A DNA stretch of 64,000 nt. It comes from the human T2T-CHM13v2.0 reference genome, Homo sapiens. The notes beneath the pieces are model-generated. The model had not been told where the DNA came from and made no database searches. It saw nothing but the letters and a program-made list of their open reading frames with translations. The stretch lies in the NCBI RefSeq assembly GCF_009914755.1, contig NC_060925.1; one strand, 5' to 3'. This document shows, piece after piece, positions 1 to 14,684 of this stretch. The position numbers and the translations under genes were made by a program. Each line of letters starts with the position of its first letter. The stretch's first letter is position 1.

Positions 1-140
1 GCCCACTTTACAAATGACTAATGTGGAGCACAGGGAGGTAAATTATACTGCCCACATTCACAAAGCTGATTGATGGCAAAGCTGAGATTTGAAACCAATC
101 AGTTTTGTTTCAGAATGGCCTGCCTAACCATTTTGCGTAC
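1..140. mobile_element. MIR fragment
   Basis: CCCACTTTACAAATGA...CAGGGAGGTAAATT...GCTGAGATTTGAAACC, MIR core similarity. Confidence 0.6.
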
Positions 141-365
141 TGCTTCCCTAATTTTGACACGTAACATTGGCTGGGACTTAGATAGGAGGACAATATGTCT
201 GCAACATCTGTCACTTCAGTGATCCCTGTGATCACCTGGTTAGTCAGAACATGATGTCTTCTTGATCCATCACAGCTCCATGTCTGTCTCTCTAACCTTG
301 GGCTTAAAAAACAAATGCCCTTTCCAGACAAAGAGGCATCATTCTGAGATCAAGGATACAGTGTC

Positions 366-2822
366 TGTAGTAGATTAAAGATGACCACAAATTACTTGCT
401 ACTTCTCCCATTGAGAGGTGGAATCTAATTCTCCTCCCTTTAATATGGGCTACCCTTAGAGACTTACTTGACTAATAGAATACAGCAGAAGAGATGTCTG
501 ACTGGCCAGGCTAGGTAAGTAAGAAGCCTTGTAGCTTCCATGTGAGACTCTTGGGACATGTCTTCTAAGGCCTAAGCTGCTGGATAAGTCAAACTACCAT
601 GCTAGATAAACCACGTGCAGAGGCCATGAGACCACATGACAAGGGGAGGGGCCTAGCTGAGCACAACGACCAGCAGTTCCCATCAGGGTGCCAGGCATTA
701 TGTGTGAAGCAGTCTCCCATCAGCTGGACACAACTGAGCAACCCTAACTGTGGCCACTATGGAATAAATTTGCCCTGCTGAACCATGCTAGAATTATTGA
801 TTACCAAAATGATGAGATACAATAAATTGCTTATTGTGCTAAGTTTTGGAGTAGTTTACTAAGTAACAATAGATAACTGGAACTAAATTTGGTATCTGAA
901 AGTGGACTTTCACTATAACGAAAACTGAAAACAAATGGCAATGACTTTGTACCTGGTTGCCACAGAAGTTAGAAAGGCCTCGAGAAAAATGTTAGTGAAT
1001 ATTGGAAGGACATCGAGGAGACTGCTGGAGAGACTGAAGGACAGTAAAGAAAATACTATGGGGGGTGGCTGAAGAAATGACCTGTGTTATGTAGTGGCAG
1101 AAAGTTTTCGTCTTTGATAATGTGGGAAAATAGAAAAGGTGCCCAATGAATGGGAGGATCTGGCTAAGGAGATTTTCAGCAGAATTTCAAAACTACAAAG
1201 AGGTTTCTTTTAGCCACATTATTATAAGATATTGATTAAAAAAAAAAGAAAAAAAAGTGGGCTAAAAAAGGAGCCATTTGGTTTTTAAGCAGAATTTAGA
1301 GGAATTATAAAGAGGCAGGACTTGCTGGGTTCAGAAGAGATCGGGTGCATTCAGGGTGGCATGGCCGTAGACTTTGCTGGGTTCAAACATCAAACTGCTT
1401 CTCATCCTCAATCTCTCTAGACAGGGAAAGCTTTCAAAATAAGAAATGGCTTCAGGGCAAAAATAAATTCCAAGATGTGACAGCTAGACCCATGATTAAG
1501 ACCTCAATTAAGGTGGTGCCTCATATATCCTTTCAGTTAAACAAAAAGCCTTCTACAATCTTGGGCAATGTACCTCTCCATTGGACAAAAGAGTTTCTAA
1601 GAATTTTAAGGTTCTGTTATCCCATGTCAGACTCACAGTTAGTCCAAGCAAGGTGAAAAAGCTGGCTTCAGAATGAAATGTGGGTGTGGCTTTTGCCTAG
1701 TAAAGTTCGTTATCAATTAGTATATAAGACGCCTTAACATTTTTAAGTGAATTATACCAGCATGGACTGACTGAAAAGGATGAAGAGAGTACAAAGTGAA
1801 AAGATGCCTTTGGACCCTCAACCTGCCTCAGAGAAGCAGGCTGAGAAAGTTACCCAGCCAAAAACAAGGATTACTTCTTAGGGAAAAAGAAGAACGGCTC
1901 AAAGAATGGAACCAAGAGCCCAGAGGACTGATGGATAGCCAGAGGGAATCATTCCCAGGAGCAGGACTGGGCCCTAATCAAGGAACTGGTAATATGTACT
2001 CAGCTAGATTTCAAAATTGCTGTGGACTACTGACCGCTGTATGCCTGTGTTCTCTGACTCTTCGAATGGGAGTGCCTATTATGGTTATCCTATCTCTGTC
2101 CCATTGTTTCTTGGGTGTGAGAGCCCCAGTGACTTCAGATCAAGGGGAACTATACTCAAGGAGCTGAGTGCCAGGAGCCTCATCATCACCTGAATTTGAG
2201 TTAGATGGTGAGAAAGTGGACTTCTAGGCTGATGCAGTAAATGTCAGGAAACTTTTGAGGGCTTTAGGAGAGTGTGAGTTTATTTTGCTTGTGGTAATAA
2301 TGTCTGTGGCCAGAGGAAAAGGAATGTGGTAGATTCAAGATGGCTACAAATTTTTTGCTACTTCTCTTATTCAGAGGTAGAATCTAATTCCCCTCCCTTG
2401 GATCTAAGCTGGTCTTCATGACTTGCTTGACCAATAGAATGCAGTTCTAGGCCATAAACTCCTGAACCTGGGCAATAAGAAACCTTGCAGTTTCCAGTAG
2501 GCCTCTTGATATACTGAGCTGCCATGAAAGAAATCTGACTACCTTGCTGGAGCTATAGAGAGGAGAGGTCTTGAGGCCACCAGCAGTCCTCAAAGGCATC
2601 AGGCACACAACATAAGTGAAGTTACCTGGGACCTCCAGAGCAGCCCTGCCTTCCACTGAATACCAGCAAGTGACCCAGTCAATACTGCATGGGGAAAACA
2701 AATTGCTCAGCTGAGACCTGTCCAAATTACTGACCCACAAAATCATAAGATACAATAAAATGGTTGTTTTGAGCTACTGAATTGTGGGGTAGATTGTTTA
2801 TGCAGGAATAGACAACTGAGAC
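366..2822 (+). mobile_element. Complete MaLR element: MLT1(G/H-like) LTR (366-883), internal region (884-2324), LTR (2325-2822)
   Basis: Two homologous LTRs, both starting TGT(A/G)GTAGATT(A/C)AAGATG...CTACTTCTC...GAGGT.GAATCTAATT and ending AATAGA(T/C)AACTG; polypurine tract AGAGGAAAAGGAA before the 3' LTR. Confidence 0.8.
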
Positions 2823-2861
2823 CATGCCTTAAAATGGACACAGTATTTTTGATGCATTATC

Positions 2862-3075
2862 TCATTCATTCATCCAATAAATAATTACTGTGAACCATTA
2901 TGTGTCAGGCACTACTCTTTATTCTAGAGACACAGTAGTTTAAAAAAAGGCCAGCAAAGACCCTGTTTTCATGGAGCTTACAATCTACTGGTTTAGATAG
3001 ATAATAAGTAAAGGAATAACTACAATATGCCAGATGGTGATAAGGGCGATAAAGATAAGTGAAGCATGTCAAGGG
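2862..3075 (-). mobile_element. L2 3'-end fragment
   Basis: CATTCATTCA...TATGTGTCAGGCACT...TCATGGAGCTTACAATCTA, typical antisense L2 tail. Confidence 0.65.
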
Positions 3076-3661
3076 AGCATCCCAGCAAGACAACCCTCTT
3101 TTTATAGAAGAGAAAACAGAGTCTTAGAAAGATTAAATAATAGGCAGTAAGAGAAGCAAGTTCCTAGGTACAATGAAACTGGAGTTTCACTTGATGAAAC
3201 ACTGTTCAATAGAATTTATAAATTCAAATTGTTGTTTAGCACAACAGAGGAACCTAATAGGCAGAAGTGTGGCTTGGATGGATGTTCCTGACTACCCAGG
3301 CTGTCCAAGTAAACTGTTGTATATACAAGAATGAAAAGATCTGAGGTGGAGCCAAGGTGGCCAAATAGGAACAGCTCCAGTCTAGAGCTCCCAGCGTGAG
3401 CGATGCAGAAGACGGGTGATTTCTGCCTTGCCAACTGAGGTACTGGGGAGTGTCAGAAAGTGGGTACAGGACAGTGGGTGCACTGCACCCAGCATGAGCC
3501 AAAGGAGGGCGAAGCATCACCTCACCCGGGAGGCACAAGGGGTCAGGGAATTCCCTTTCCTAGTCAAAGAAAGGGGTGACAGACGGCACCTGGAAAATCG
3601 GGTCACTGCCACCCTAATACTGCACTTTTCCAACAGTCTTAGCAAACGGCACACCAGGAGA

Positions 3662-3781
3662 TTATATCCCGTGCATGGCTCGGGGGGGTCCTACGCCCAT
3701 AGAGCCTCCCTCATTGCTGGCACAGCAGACTGAGATCGAACTGCAAGGCGGCAGCGAGGCTGGGGGAGGGGCACCTGCCAT
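3662..3781 (-). other. L1 ORF0 (antisense 5'UTR ORF), frameshift-truncated to 39 aa
   Basis: MAGAPPPASLPPCSSISVCCASNEGGSMGVGP matches the recalled ORF0 N-terminus; an extra G in the G-run near 3682-3688 shifts the frame. Confidence 0.8.
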
Positions 3782-4356
3782 TGCCGAGGCTGGAGTAGGT
3801 AAACAAAGCAGCCCAGAAGCTCGAACTGGGTGGAGCCCACTGCAGCTCAAGGAGGCCTGCCTGCCTCTGTAGACTGCACCTCTGGGGGCAGGGAATAGTC
3901 AAACAAAAGGCAGCAGAATCCTCTGCAGACTTAAATGTCCCTGTCTGACAGCTTTGAAGAGAGTAGTGGTTCTCCCAGCACACAGCTTGAGATCTGAGAA
4001 TGGACAGACTGCCTCCTTAGGTTGGTCCCTGACCCCCAAGTAGCCTAACTGGGAGGCCCCCCCCCAGTAGGGGCAGACAGACACCTCACATGGCCGGGAA
4101 CTCCTCTGAGACAAAACTTCCAGAGGAACGATCAGACAGCAACATCTGCTGCTCACCAGTATCTGCTGTTCTGCAGCCTCCGCTGCTGATACCCTGGCAA
4201 ACAGGGTCTGGAGTGACCTCAAGCAAACTCCAACAGACCTGCAGCTGAGGGTCCTGACTGTTAGAAGGAAGACTAACAAATAGAAAGGACATCCACACCA
4301 AAACCCCATCTGTACATCGCCATCATCAAAGACCAAAGGTAGATAAAACCACAAAG

Positions 4357-5371
4357 ATGGGGAAAAATAGAGCAGAAAAACTGGAAACTCTAAAAATCAG
4401 AGTGCCTTTCCTCCTCCAAAGGAACGCAGCTCCTCCCCAGCAATGGAACAAAGCTGGATGGAGAATGACTTTGACAAGTTGAGGGAAGAAGGCTTCAGAC
4501 AATCAAACTACTCCGAGCTAAAGGAGGAAGTTCGAACCCATGGCAAAGAAGTTAAAAACCTTGAAAAAAAATTAGACCAATGGCTAACTAGAATAACCAA
4601 TACAGAGAAGTCCTTAAAGGACCTGATGGAGCTGAAAACCAAGGCACGAGAACTACGTGACAAATGCACAAGCCTCAGTAGCCGATTCGATCAACTGGAA
4701 GAAAGGGTATCAGTGATGGAAGATGAAATGAATGAAATGAAGCAAGAAGAGAAGTTTAAAGAAAAAAGAATAAAACGAAATGAACAAAGCCTTCAAGAAA
4801 TATGGGGCTATGTGAAAAGACCAAATCTACGTCTGATTGGTGTACCTGAAAGTGACAGGGAGAATGGAACCAAGTTGGAAAACACTCTGCAGGATAATAA
4901 CCAGGAGAACCTCCCCAATCTAGCAAGGCAGGCCAACATTCAAATTCAGGAAATACAGAGAATGCCACAAAGATACTCCTTGAGAAGAGCAACTCCAAGA
5001 CAAATAATTGTCAGATTCACCGAAGTTGAAATGAAGGAAAAAATGTTAAGGGCAGCCAGAGAGAAAGGTCGGGTTACCCTCAAAGGGAAGCCCATCAGAC
5101 TAACAGCGGATCTCTTGGCAGAAACTCTACAAGCCAGAAGAGAGTGGGGGCTAATATTCAACATTCTTAAAGAAAAGAATTTTCAACCAGAATTTCATAT
5201 CCAGCCAAATGAAGCTTCATAAGTGAAGGAGAAATAAAATACTTTACAGACAAGCAAATGCGGAGAGATTTTGTCACCACCAGGCCTGCCCTAAAAGAGC
5301 TCCTGAAGGAAGCACTAAACATGGAAAGGAACAACCGGTACCAGCCACTGCAAAAACATGCCAAATTGTAA
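4357..5371 (+). pseudogene. L1 ORF1p, disrupted (frameshifts near the start and near 5185)
   Basis: ORF track 4443-5222 gives ORF1p coiled-coil/RRM sequence (KRNEQSLQEIW, REKG, ARREW). Confidence 0.93.
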
Positions 5372-5419
5372 AGACCATCAAGGCTAGGAAGAAACTGCAG
5401 CAACTAACAAGCAAAATAA

Positions 5420-7024
<1,605 letters not shown>

Positions 7025-7671
7025 TAGACCAATATCCCTGATGAACATCGATGCAAAAATCCTCAATAAAATACTGGCAAACCGAATCCAGCAGCACATC
7101 AAAAAGCTTATCCACCATGATCAAGTGGGCTTCATCCCTGGGATGCAAAGACTGGTTCAACATATGCAAATCAATAAACGTAATCAGCATATAAACAGAA
7201 CCAGTGACAAAAACCATATGATTATCTCAATAGATGCAGAAAGGCCTTTGACAAAATTCAACAACGCTTCATGCTAAAAACTATCAATAAATTAGTTATG
7301 GATGAGACATATCTCAAAATAATAAGAGCTATCTATGACAAACCCACAGGCAATATCATACTGAATGGGCAAAAACTGGAAGCATTCTCTTTGAAAACTG
7401 GCACAAGACAGGGATGCCCTCTCTCACCACTCCTATTCAACATAGTGTTGGAAGCTCTGGCCAGGGCAATCAGGCAGGAGAAGGAAATAAAGGGCATTTA
7501 ATTAGGAAAAGAGGAAGTCAAATTGTCCCTGTTTGCAGATGACATGATTGTATAGCTAGAAAACCCCATCATCTCAGCCCAAAATCTCCTTAAGCTGATT
7601 GGCAACTTCAGCAAAGTCTCATGATACAAAATCAATGTGCAAAAATCACAAGCATTCTTATACACCAGTAA

Positions 7672-8121
<450 letters not shown>

Positions 8122-10339
8122 TAAACAAAACAGACCAATGGAACAGAACAGAGCCCTCAGAAATAATGCCACATATCTATAACCATCTGATCTTTGACAA
8201 ACCTGATAAAAACAAGCAATGGGGAAATGATTCCCTATTTAATACACGGTGCTGGGAAAACTGGCTAGCCATATGTAGAAAGCTGAAACTAGATCCCTTC
8301 CTTACACCTTATACAAGAACTAATTCGAGATGTATTAAAGACTTAAATGTTAGACCTGAAACCATAAAAACCCTAGAAGAAAACCTAGGCAATACCATTC
8401 AGGACATAGGCATGGGCAAGGACTTCATGTCTAAAACACCAAAAGCAATGGCAAGGAAAGCCAAAATTGACAAATGGGATCTAATTAAACTAAAGAGCTT
8501 CTGCACAGCAAAGAAAACTACCATCAGAGTGAACAGGCCCTACAGAATGGGAGAAAATTTTTGCAATCTACTTATCTGACAAAGGGCTAATATCCAGAAT
8601 CTACAATGAACTCAAACAAATTTACAAGAAAAAAACAAACAACCCCATCAACAAGTGGGCGAAGGATATGAGCAGACACTTCTCAAAAGAAGACATTTAT
8701 GCAGCCAACAGACACAGGAAAAAAGGCTCATCATCACCGGCCATCAGAGAAATGCAAATCAAAACCACAATGAGATACCATCTCACACCAGTTAGAATGG
8801 CGATCATTAAAAAGTCAGGAAAAAACAGGTGCTGGAGAGGATGTGGAGAAATAGGAACACTTTTACATTGTTGGGACTGTAAACTAGTTCAACCATTGTG
8901 GAAGTCAGTGTGGTGATTCCTCAGGGATCTAGAACTAGAAATACCATTTGACCCAGCAATCCCATTACTGGGTATATACCCAAAGGATTATAAATCATGC
9001 TGCTATAAAGACACATGCACACGTATGTTTATTGAGGGACTATTCACAATAGCAAAGACTTGGAACCAAGCCAAATGTCCATCAATAATAGACTGGATTA
9101 AGAAAATGTGGCACATATACACCATGGAATACTAGGCAGCCATAAAAAATGATAAGTTCATGTCCTTTGTAGGGACATGGATGAAGCTGGAAACCATCAT
9201 TCTCAGCAAACTATCACAAGGACAAAAAAACCAAATACCGCATGTTCTCACTCATAGGTGGGAATTGAACAATGAGAACACATAGACACAGGAAGGGGAA
9301 CATCACACACTGGGGCCTGTTTGGGGTGGGGGGGCGGGGGAGGGATAGCATTAGGAGATATACCTAATGTAAATAACGAGTTAATGGGTGCAGCTCACCA
9401 GCATGGCACATGTATACATATGTAACTAACCTGCATGTTGTGCACATGTACCCTAGAACTTAAAGTATAAAAAAAAAAAAAAGAATGAAAAGATCTGCCC
9501 TTCAGTAGCTGGAGTGGAATGGGGCAGGAGGGTTTGGAGGAGGATGTGTGGCTCTGAAGACTATACATAGTAGGCAAAGTGCCAGCTGTGACTCGGAACA
9601 ACCAAAATCAGGACCAGGAGCAGTTTAGAAGAGAAAATAATTCTTGGAAAAAGCAGAAGTATTTGTGGGGTACAGGGGAATTTGTAAGGGACTTAATTTC
9701 CTAAGTGAACAGGTAGGAGTTCAGAGGCAGCTAATGCTCATGGGACTTAATTTTATTTCCACAGTTGGTAAAACTCAAGGACAGTGTGGTTACCTTCATT
9801 CATTTAATTAAACAAACACAGAGCATGTGCTAGGCATTGCTAAAATCTAGTGTAGAAATCCAGTGTTAAAATCTAGTGTGGAAAGCCAGGCAAGCATTCA
9901 TCAAACCATAATACAAACCAGATCGGGTAAAGTGCTACACCAAGCAGAACATGAAGGAGGGAGTGATTAATTAAATTCCACCAGAAAAGTTTTTCTAAAG
10001 AAGGTAGCATCTGAGTAGAGTACTGAAGTATGCTAGCAATATAAAATTTTATCATACATTGGGATTGCAAAATACAGTGCTTTTATTTAAAATTAAAAAA
10101 TATTATTAGCTTGTTTTCATCATTCCACAGTATACACATATATCAAAACATTGTACCCCATAAATATATGCAATTACTATTTGTCAATTAAAAAATTAAC
10201 TTAAAAACAGTATTGATGAAAACAATTTTATTTTTCTCTGGTAGAAGGAAAAATATTCCCGGTCTCCTGTGAGTGAGTGCCTAAGGTCCCATTCATCTGA
10301 AAGAGCGGTGCAGCGCAGCTGAGGTTGCTGGCAGGCATT

Positions 10340-10590
10340 ACAACAGAGCAGTTAAGATTACTGGCTCTACAGTCAGGGACATGGGTTCCAATCCTCCTCC
10401 TCTGTCAATTTCCAACCATGCAATTTTGGACATGACTTAAACTCTGTGCTTTAGCTTCCTCATTTGTAAAACAAGGTTAATGATAATAACTACCTAATAG
10501 GGCCACTGTAAGAACAAAATGAGCTAATATATGAAAAGTTTTTAATTCATTGTCTAGCACATTTTAAGCATTCTATAAATCATAGCTATT
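10340..10590. mobile_element. MIR
   Basis: GCAGTTAAGA...GGGTTCCAATCC...CTTCCTCATTTGTAAAAC core. Confidence 0.7.
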
Positions 10591-10847
10591 TTTCATTAAT
10601 GTTTGCATACCAGGCAGGACTCCAATACTGTGTAGAAGTCATGAATTTTAATTTCAGTTCTGCTCCAAAGTGCTCCCTAGGGCTAGGCCAGTGACCCAGA
10701 TTTTCCATTTCTCATCTTTCTGATTTATCATGTGAGACCAAAGCATTGGCAAGGAAGCTGAATAAGTGGATTTCCTCACTTGCTGGCTGGAGGTCTAGGG
10801 AGCAGAAAAGGTGGACATTTCCCCCATCTTGTATCTGTCTTGAGGAA

Positions 10848-10855
10848 GTGTGTGT

Positions 10856-10888
<33 letters not shown>

Positions 10889-11020
10889 TTTATGCAGGAA
10901 TAGACAACTGGGACAATGCCTTAAAATGTACACAGTATTTCTGATGCATTATCTCATTCATTCGTTCATTCATTCATTCATTCAATAAATAATTACTGTG
11001 AACCGTGTGTGTGTGTTTAT
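10848..11020. repeat. (TG)n microsatellite interrupted by a 118-bp copy of 2795-2896
   Basis: Direct comparison: about 5 substitutions plus an expanded (ATTC)n. Confidence 0.9.
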
Positions 11021-11600
11021 TCAGATCCATCCCTTTCAATGGTTAGCCTTGTCTGTCAGCCATAACAAAAACCTCAAACCTCAAGGAAAGAAATTACAAC
11101 CAAGCCTTCAGACAGCTGATGGTAATTTACTCACACAATCCCCTTTATCCTTTCAACACCCACTATTTATCTGTATCTGACGTTGGGAGAGGGGAAATCA
11201 TGCAAGAAATATGGTATGTAAATTTCTGGAAAGGGGGTTGGAATAGTGAGGGAAGACTTGTGTGAATTACATGAATAATTCTCCTTGATTTGAACATAGA
11301 TATCAGTTCTCAAAAATTGAAGGGACTGATGTTAGGGTCAATAAATACATTTCTGGGACCAGAAACAATACTGGAATAAATTCATAAATAGCTTTCAAGG
11401 CATTCATGACAATCACACCATCACTAAAATCCGAGTCATTTTCCAGGATGGGGCAAGTAGTTCCAGTACAAGTCAAAGGAGCATGTGTCAATCAATCTAG
11501 ACTGCTTTAAAAATCCATAGTGATAACAATAACTAAATGGAATGCATGATCCTAGTTCAGATCTTGGATTGGATTCTGAATTAGAAAAAAAAAATATTGC

Positions 11601-11902
11601 TGCCACGTTCAGTGGCTCATGCCTATAATTTCAACACTTCAGGAGGCTGAGGCAGGAGGATCACTTAAGGCCAGGAGTTCGAAACCAGCCTGTGCAACGT
11701 AGCGAGATCTTGTCTCTACAAAAAAAAATTTAAAAATTATCTAGGGATGGTAGTGCAAACCACTAGTTCCACCTACTCTGGAGGCTGAGGTGGGAGGATC
11801 ACTTGAGCCCAGGAGTTGAGCCTACAGTGAACTGTAATCACACCACTGCACTCCAGCCTGGGTGACAGTGAGCAAGACCCTGTCTCTTAAAAAAAAGAAA
11901 AA
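11601..11902 (+). mobile_element. AluJ-type
   Basis: Dimeric Alu with GGATCACTTGAGCCCAGGAG (J diagnostic) and an A-tail. Confidence 0.85.
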
Positions 11903-12347
11903 ATACCTCTAAGGACAAGATAGCCATATATATCCATGGTCCTTGCCTTTGTTTCTTGTATCATGCCATCTACTAGCTGGTCCCTGAAGCCATATATAAT
12001 AACTTTCACTCATACACACATATGAGTGAAAAGTAACACTGATTTTTTTAACTTTCCAGCTTGAAAAATTTAAAATTTTCAACATATAGTAAAGTTGTAA
12101 AACTAGCACAATAAAGTCCTGTAAATCTTTCAATTGCTTCATAGATTGTTAACATTTTGCCACATTTGTTTTCTCTCTTTACACACACACACACACACAA
12201 GCACACAGACACAATCATTAGTATTATTTTGATGAACCATTTGAGAGTAAGATGTAGATTCTTCACCCCTAAATATTTAATGTGTATCTCCTAAGAATAT
12301 TTAAAATCGTTGCATAACTGTATTATGTAAAAGAATATAACACCCTT

Positions 12348-12712
<365 letters not shown>

Positions 12713-13174
12713 TCATAATCTGAAGTCTCAGCAGTGAATTACTTAACTAAAATCAGGAGCTACCCTCTGCTAGATATTTGGCTCACATCTGTACAACCAA
12801 AAGTGCTGATCAAAATAATCACTCCCAGGACAAAGGCAAAATATACAACAAAGACAAATTCCCTCTTCTATGCACCAGCCAATTTCTTGGCAGTTTAGAA
12901 CAGCTGTTTTGTCCTTTCTTCCAGCTGGCAAAGGTTCAAAAATATCAAGATACAGCCTCAGAAAGCTTCACACGAGGAAGAAATTTTAATGAGAAAAATC
13001 TCACGTTCTGTATTCGCTTTTGTTTTCATTTTTATTTTAGCATATAAAATGTCAAAATACTGAGCTGTTGAGTACCGTATCAAACATCTGGCAATTCTGG
13101 ACAAAAGATGAGCAAAACTCAACAGTCCTTTATCTTTGCAAAGTTCAAGTGGCTTTAGGAGTTAATGCCATAGG

Positions 13175-13472
13175 GGTAGGGTGCCACGCCTCATGCCTGT
13201 AATCCCAGCACTGTCGGAGGTGAGGCAGGCAGATGGCTTGAGCACAGTAGTTCGAGACCAGCCTGGGCAACATGTGAAACCCATCTCTACAAAAAATACA
13301 ACAAAAATTAGCCAGGCGTGCTGGTGCACATCTGTAGTCCCAGCTACTCAGGAGGCTGAGGTAGGAAAGTGGCTTGAGCCTGGGAGGCAGAGGTCACAGT
13401 GAGTGGAGACTGTGCCACTGCGCTCCAGCCTGGGTGAAAGAGCCAGACGCTGTCTCAAAAACCAAAACAAAA
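13175..13472 (+). mobile_element. Old Alu (AluJ/S)
   Basis: Diverged dimeric Alu. Confidence 0.85.
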
Positions 13473-13803
13473 CATTATATCAGTTTGGTAAAAGAACAAG
13501 CACATCCAACATTAACCATCACAATTCCTTTCGACCAGAATAATCTTTTATTCAGATAAAAGTATCCCAGTTTTAGGCTATGCGTGTGATATAATAATAA
13601 CAGACAGAGAGGTACAGAAATACCCAAGCTGGCCCAGGCTCAGAGCTTGTGGTATACAGAAGAGAATTATTGCATCCTTTATTTGCTGGCTTCGGTACAT
13701 TCTTAGGAGATAGAGGGAGGGAAAAAAAAATCAAAACCAGAAGGGTCTGGTGCTGATGGACCAGATCAATTGGTTCAAACTTTGATTCAACTGTTAAGGT
13801 ATT

Positions 13804-14040
13804 CAGGGCTGGAACTAGGATGGGAGGAGCAAGGCACTCACCTGAGGTGCGAAGTTTAAAGCGTGCCAAAATCTCGGTAATCAAGATAAATCATATTTTA
13901 ATGCAATATTTTAGAAAAATAGTAATGCAAAAAAAATCCGCAATGAACAAAATATCAAAACTTTAAATAAAGACAGGATCTGACCCTGCATTTTCATGAT
14001 TCAGGGAGTGTCTTACTTGCTTCGTCCTAGTCCAGGCCCA
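13804..14040. mobile_element. hAT MITE, MER96B-like
   Basis: Imperfect terminal inverted repeats CAGGGCTGGAACTAGG ... CCTAGTCCAGGCCC around an AT-rich core. Confidence 0.6.
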
Positions 14041-14665
14041 ACTTGTTCATCCCCAGATGATGTGCCAAAAGCCACATCTTTAGGTGTCTCCTCTGGTGCT
14101 CTCTAGTGCTATGTTCTGCTGACCTTGTTGGCAACAGCTCTCTGTCTGTTATGAATGGTTGGACATCAGGTGGCACCTTTAAGATACCACAAGGTAAAAG
14201 CAACTCTCTGAGCCAAGGCCAGCTCTTCCAACCTCCTTCCAAACAGTCTTACGTCTCAAGGGCAAGTTTCTGTGATGTATAGGGCATCAGGGAGAGGGTA
14301 GAATGGGGTAGAAAGGGGAGATAATGGGAGAGGGAAAAAAGAACAGGTGACCTCATGAGTTGGCACTAATGTAACTAGAGTGCAATTTTTCAAGAGTCTA
14401 TCTTTTTTAAGAAAACCTTGAGCCCCAACTCTTATTTGGAGGCACCTGCTCACTCACCTCCAAAACCAAATCCACCTCACCTCTATTCTTCTTTTCACAT
14501 TGTGTACGGGTAGTTCTGGAAATCAAAGTGGCCATGCTGCTTCCTCCATGCAGCCTGTAGTGAATTCAAGTAGTGTAGGATACTTCAAACTGGAGCTTCT
14601 CTACTGTGAATAGCTGCTCATCCCCAAGTACCAAACCTAATTTTGTGACAATGAAAACCATCTGC

Positions 14666-14684
14666 AGGTGCCCCCTGCTGGTGG
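14666..14684 (-). promoter_or_regulatory. Strong CTCF consensus motif
   Basis: Minus strand CCACCAGCAGGGGGCACCT matches the CTCF core CCASYAGRKGGCRS with no mismatch; in apparently non-repetitive sequence. Confidence 0.65.
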
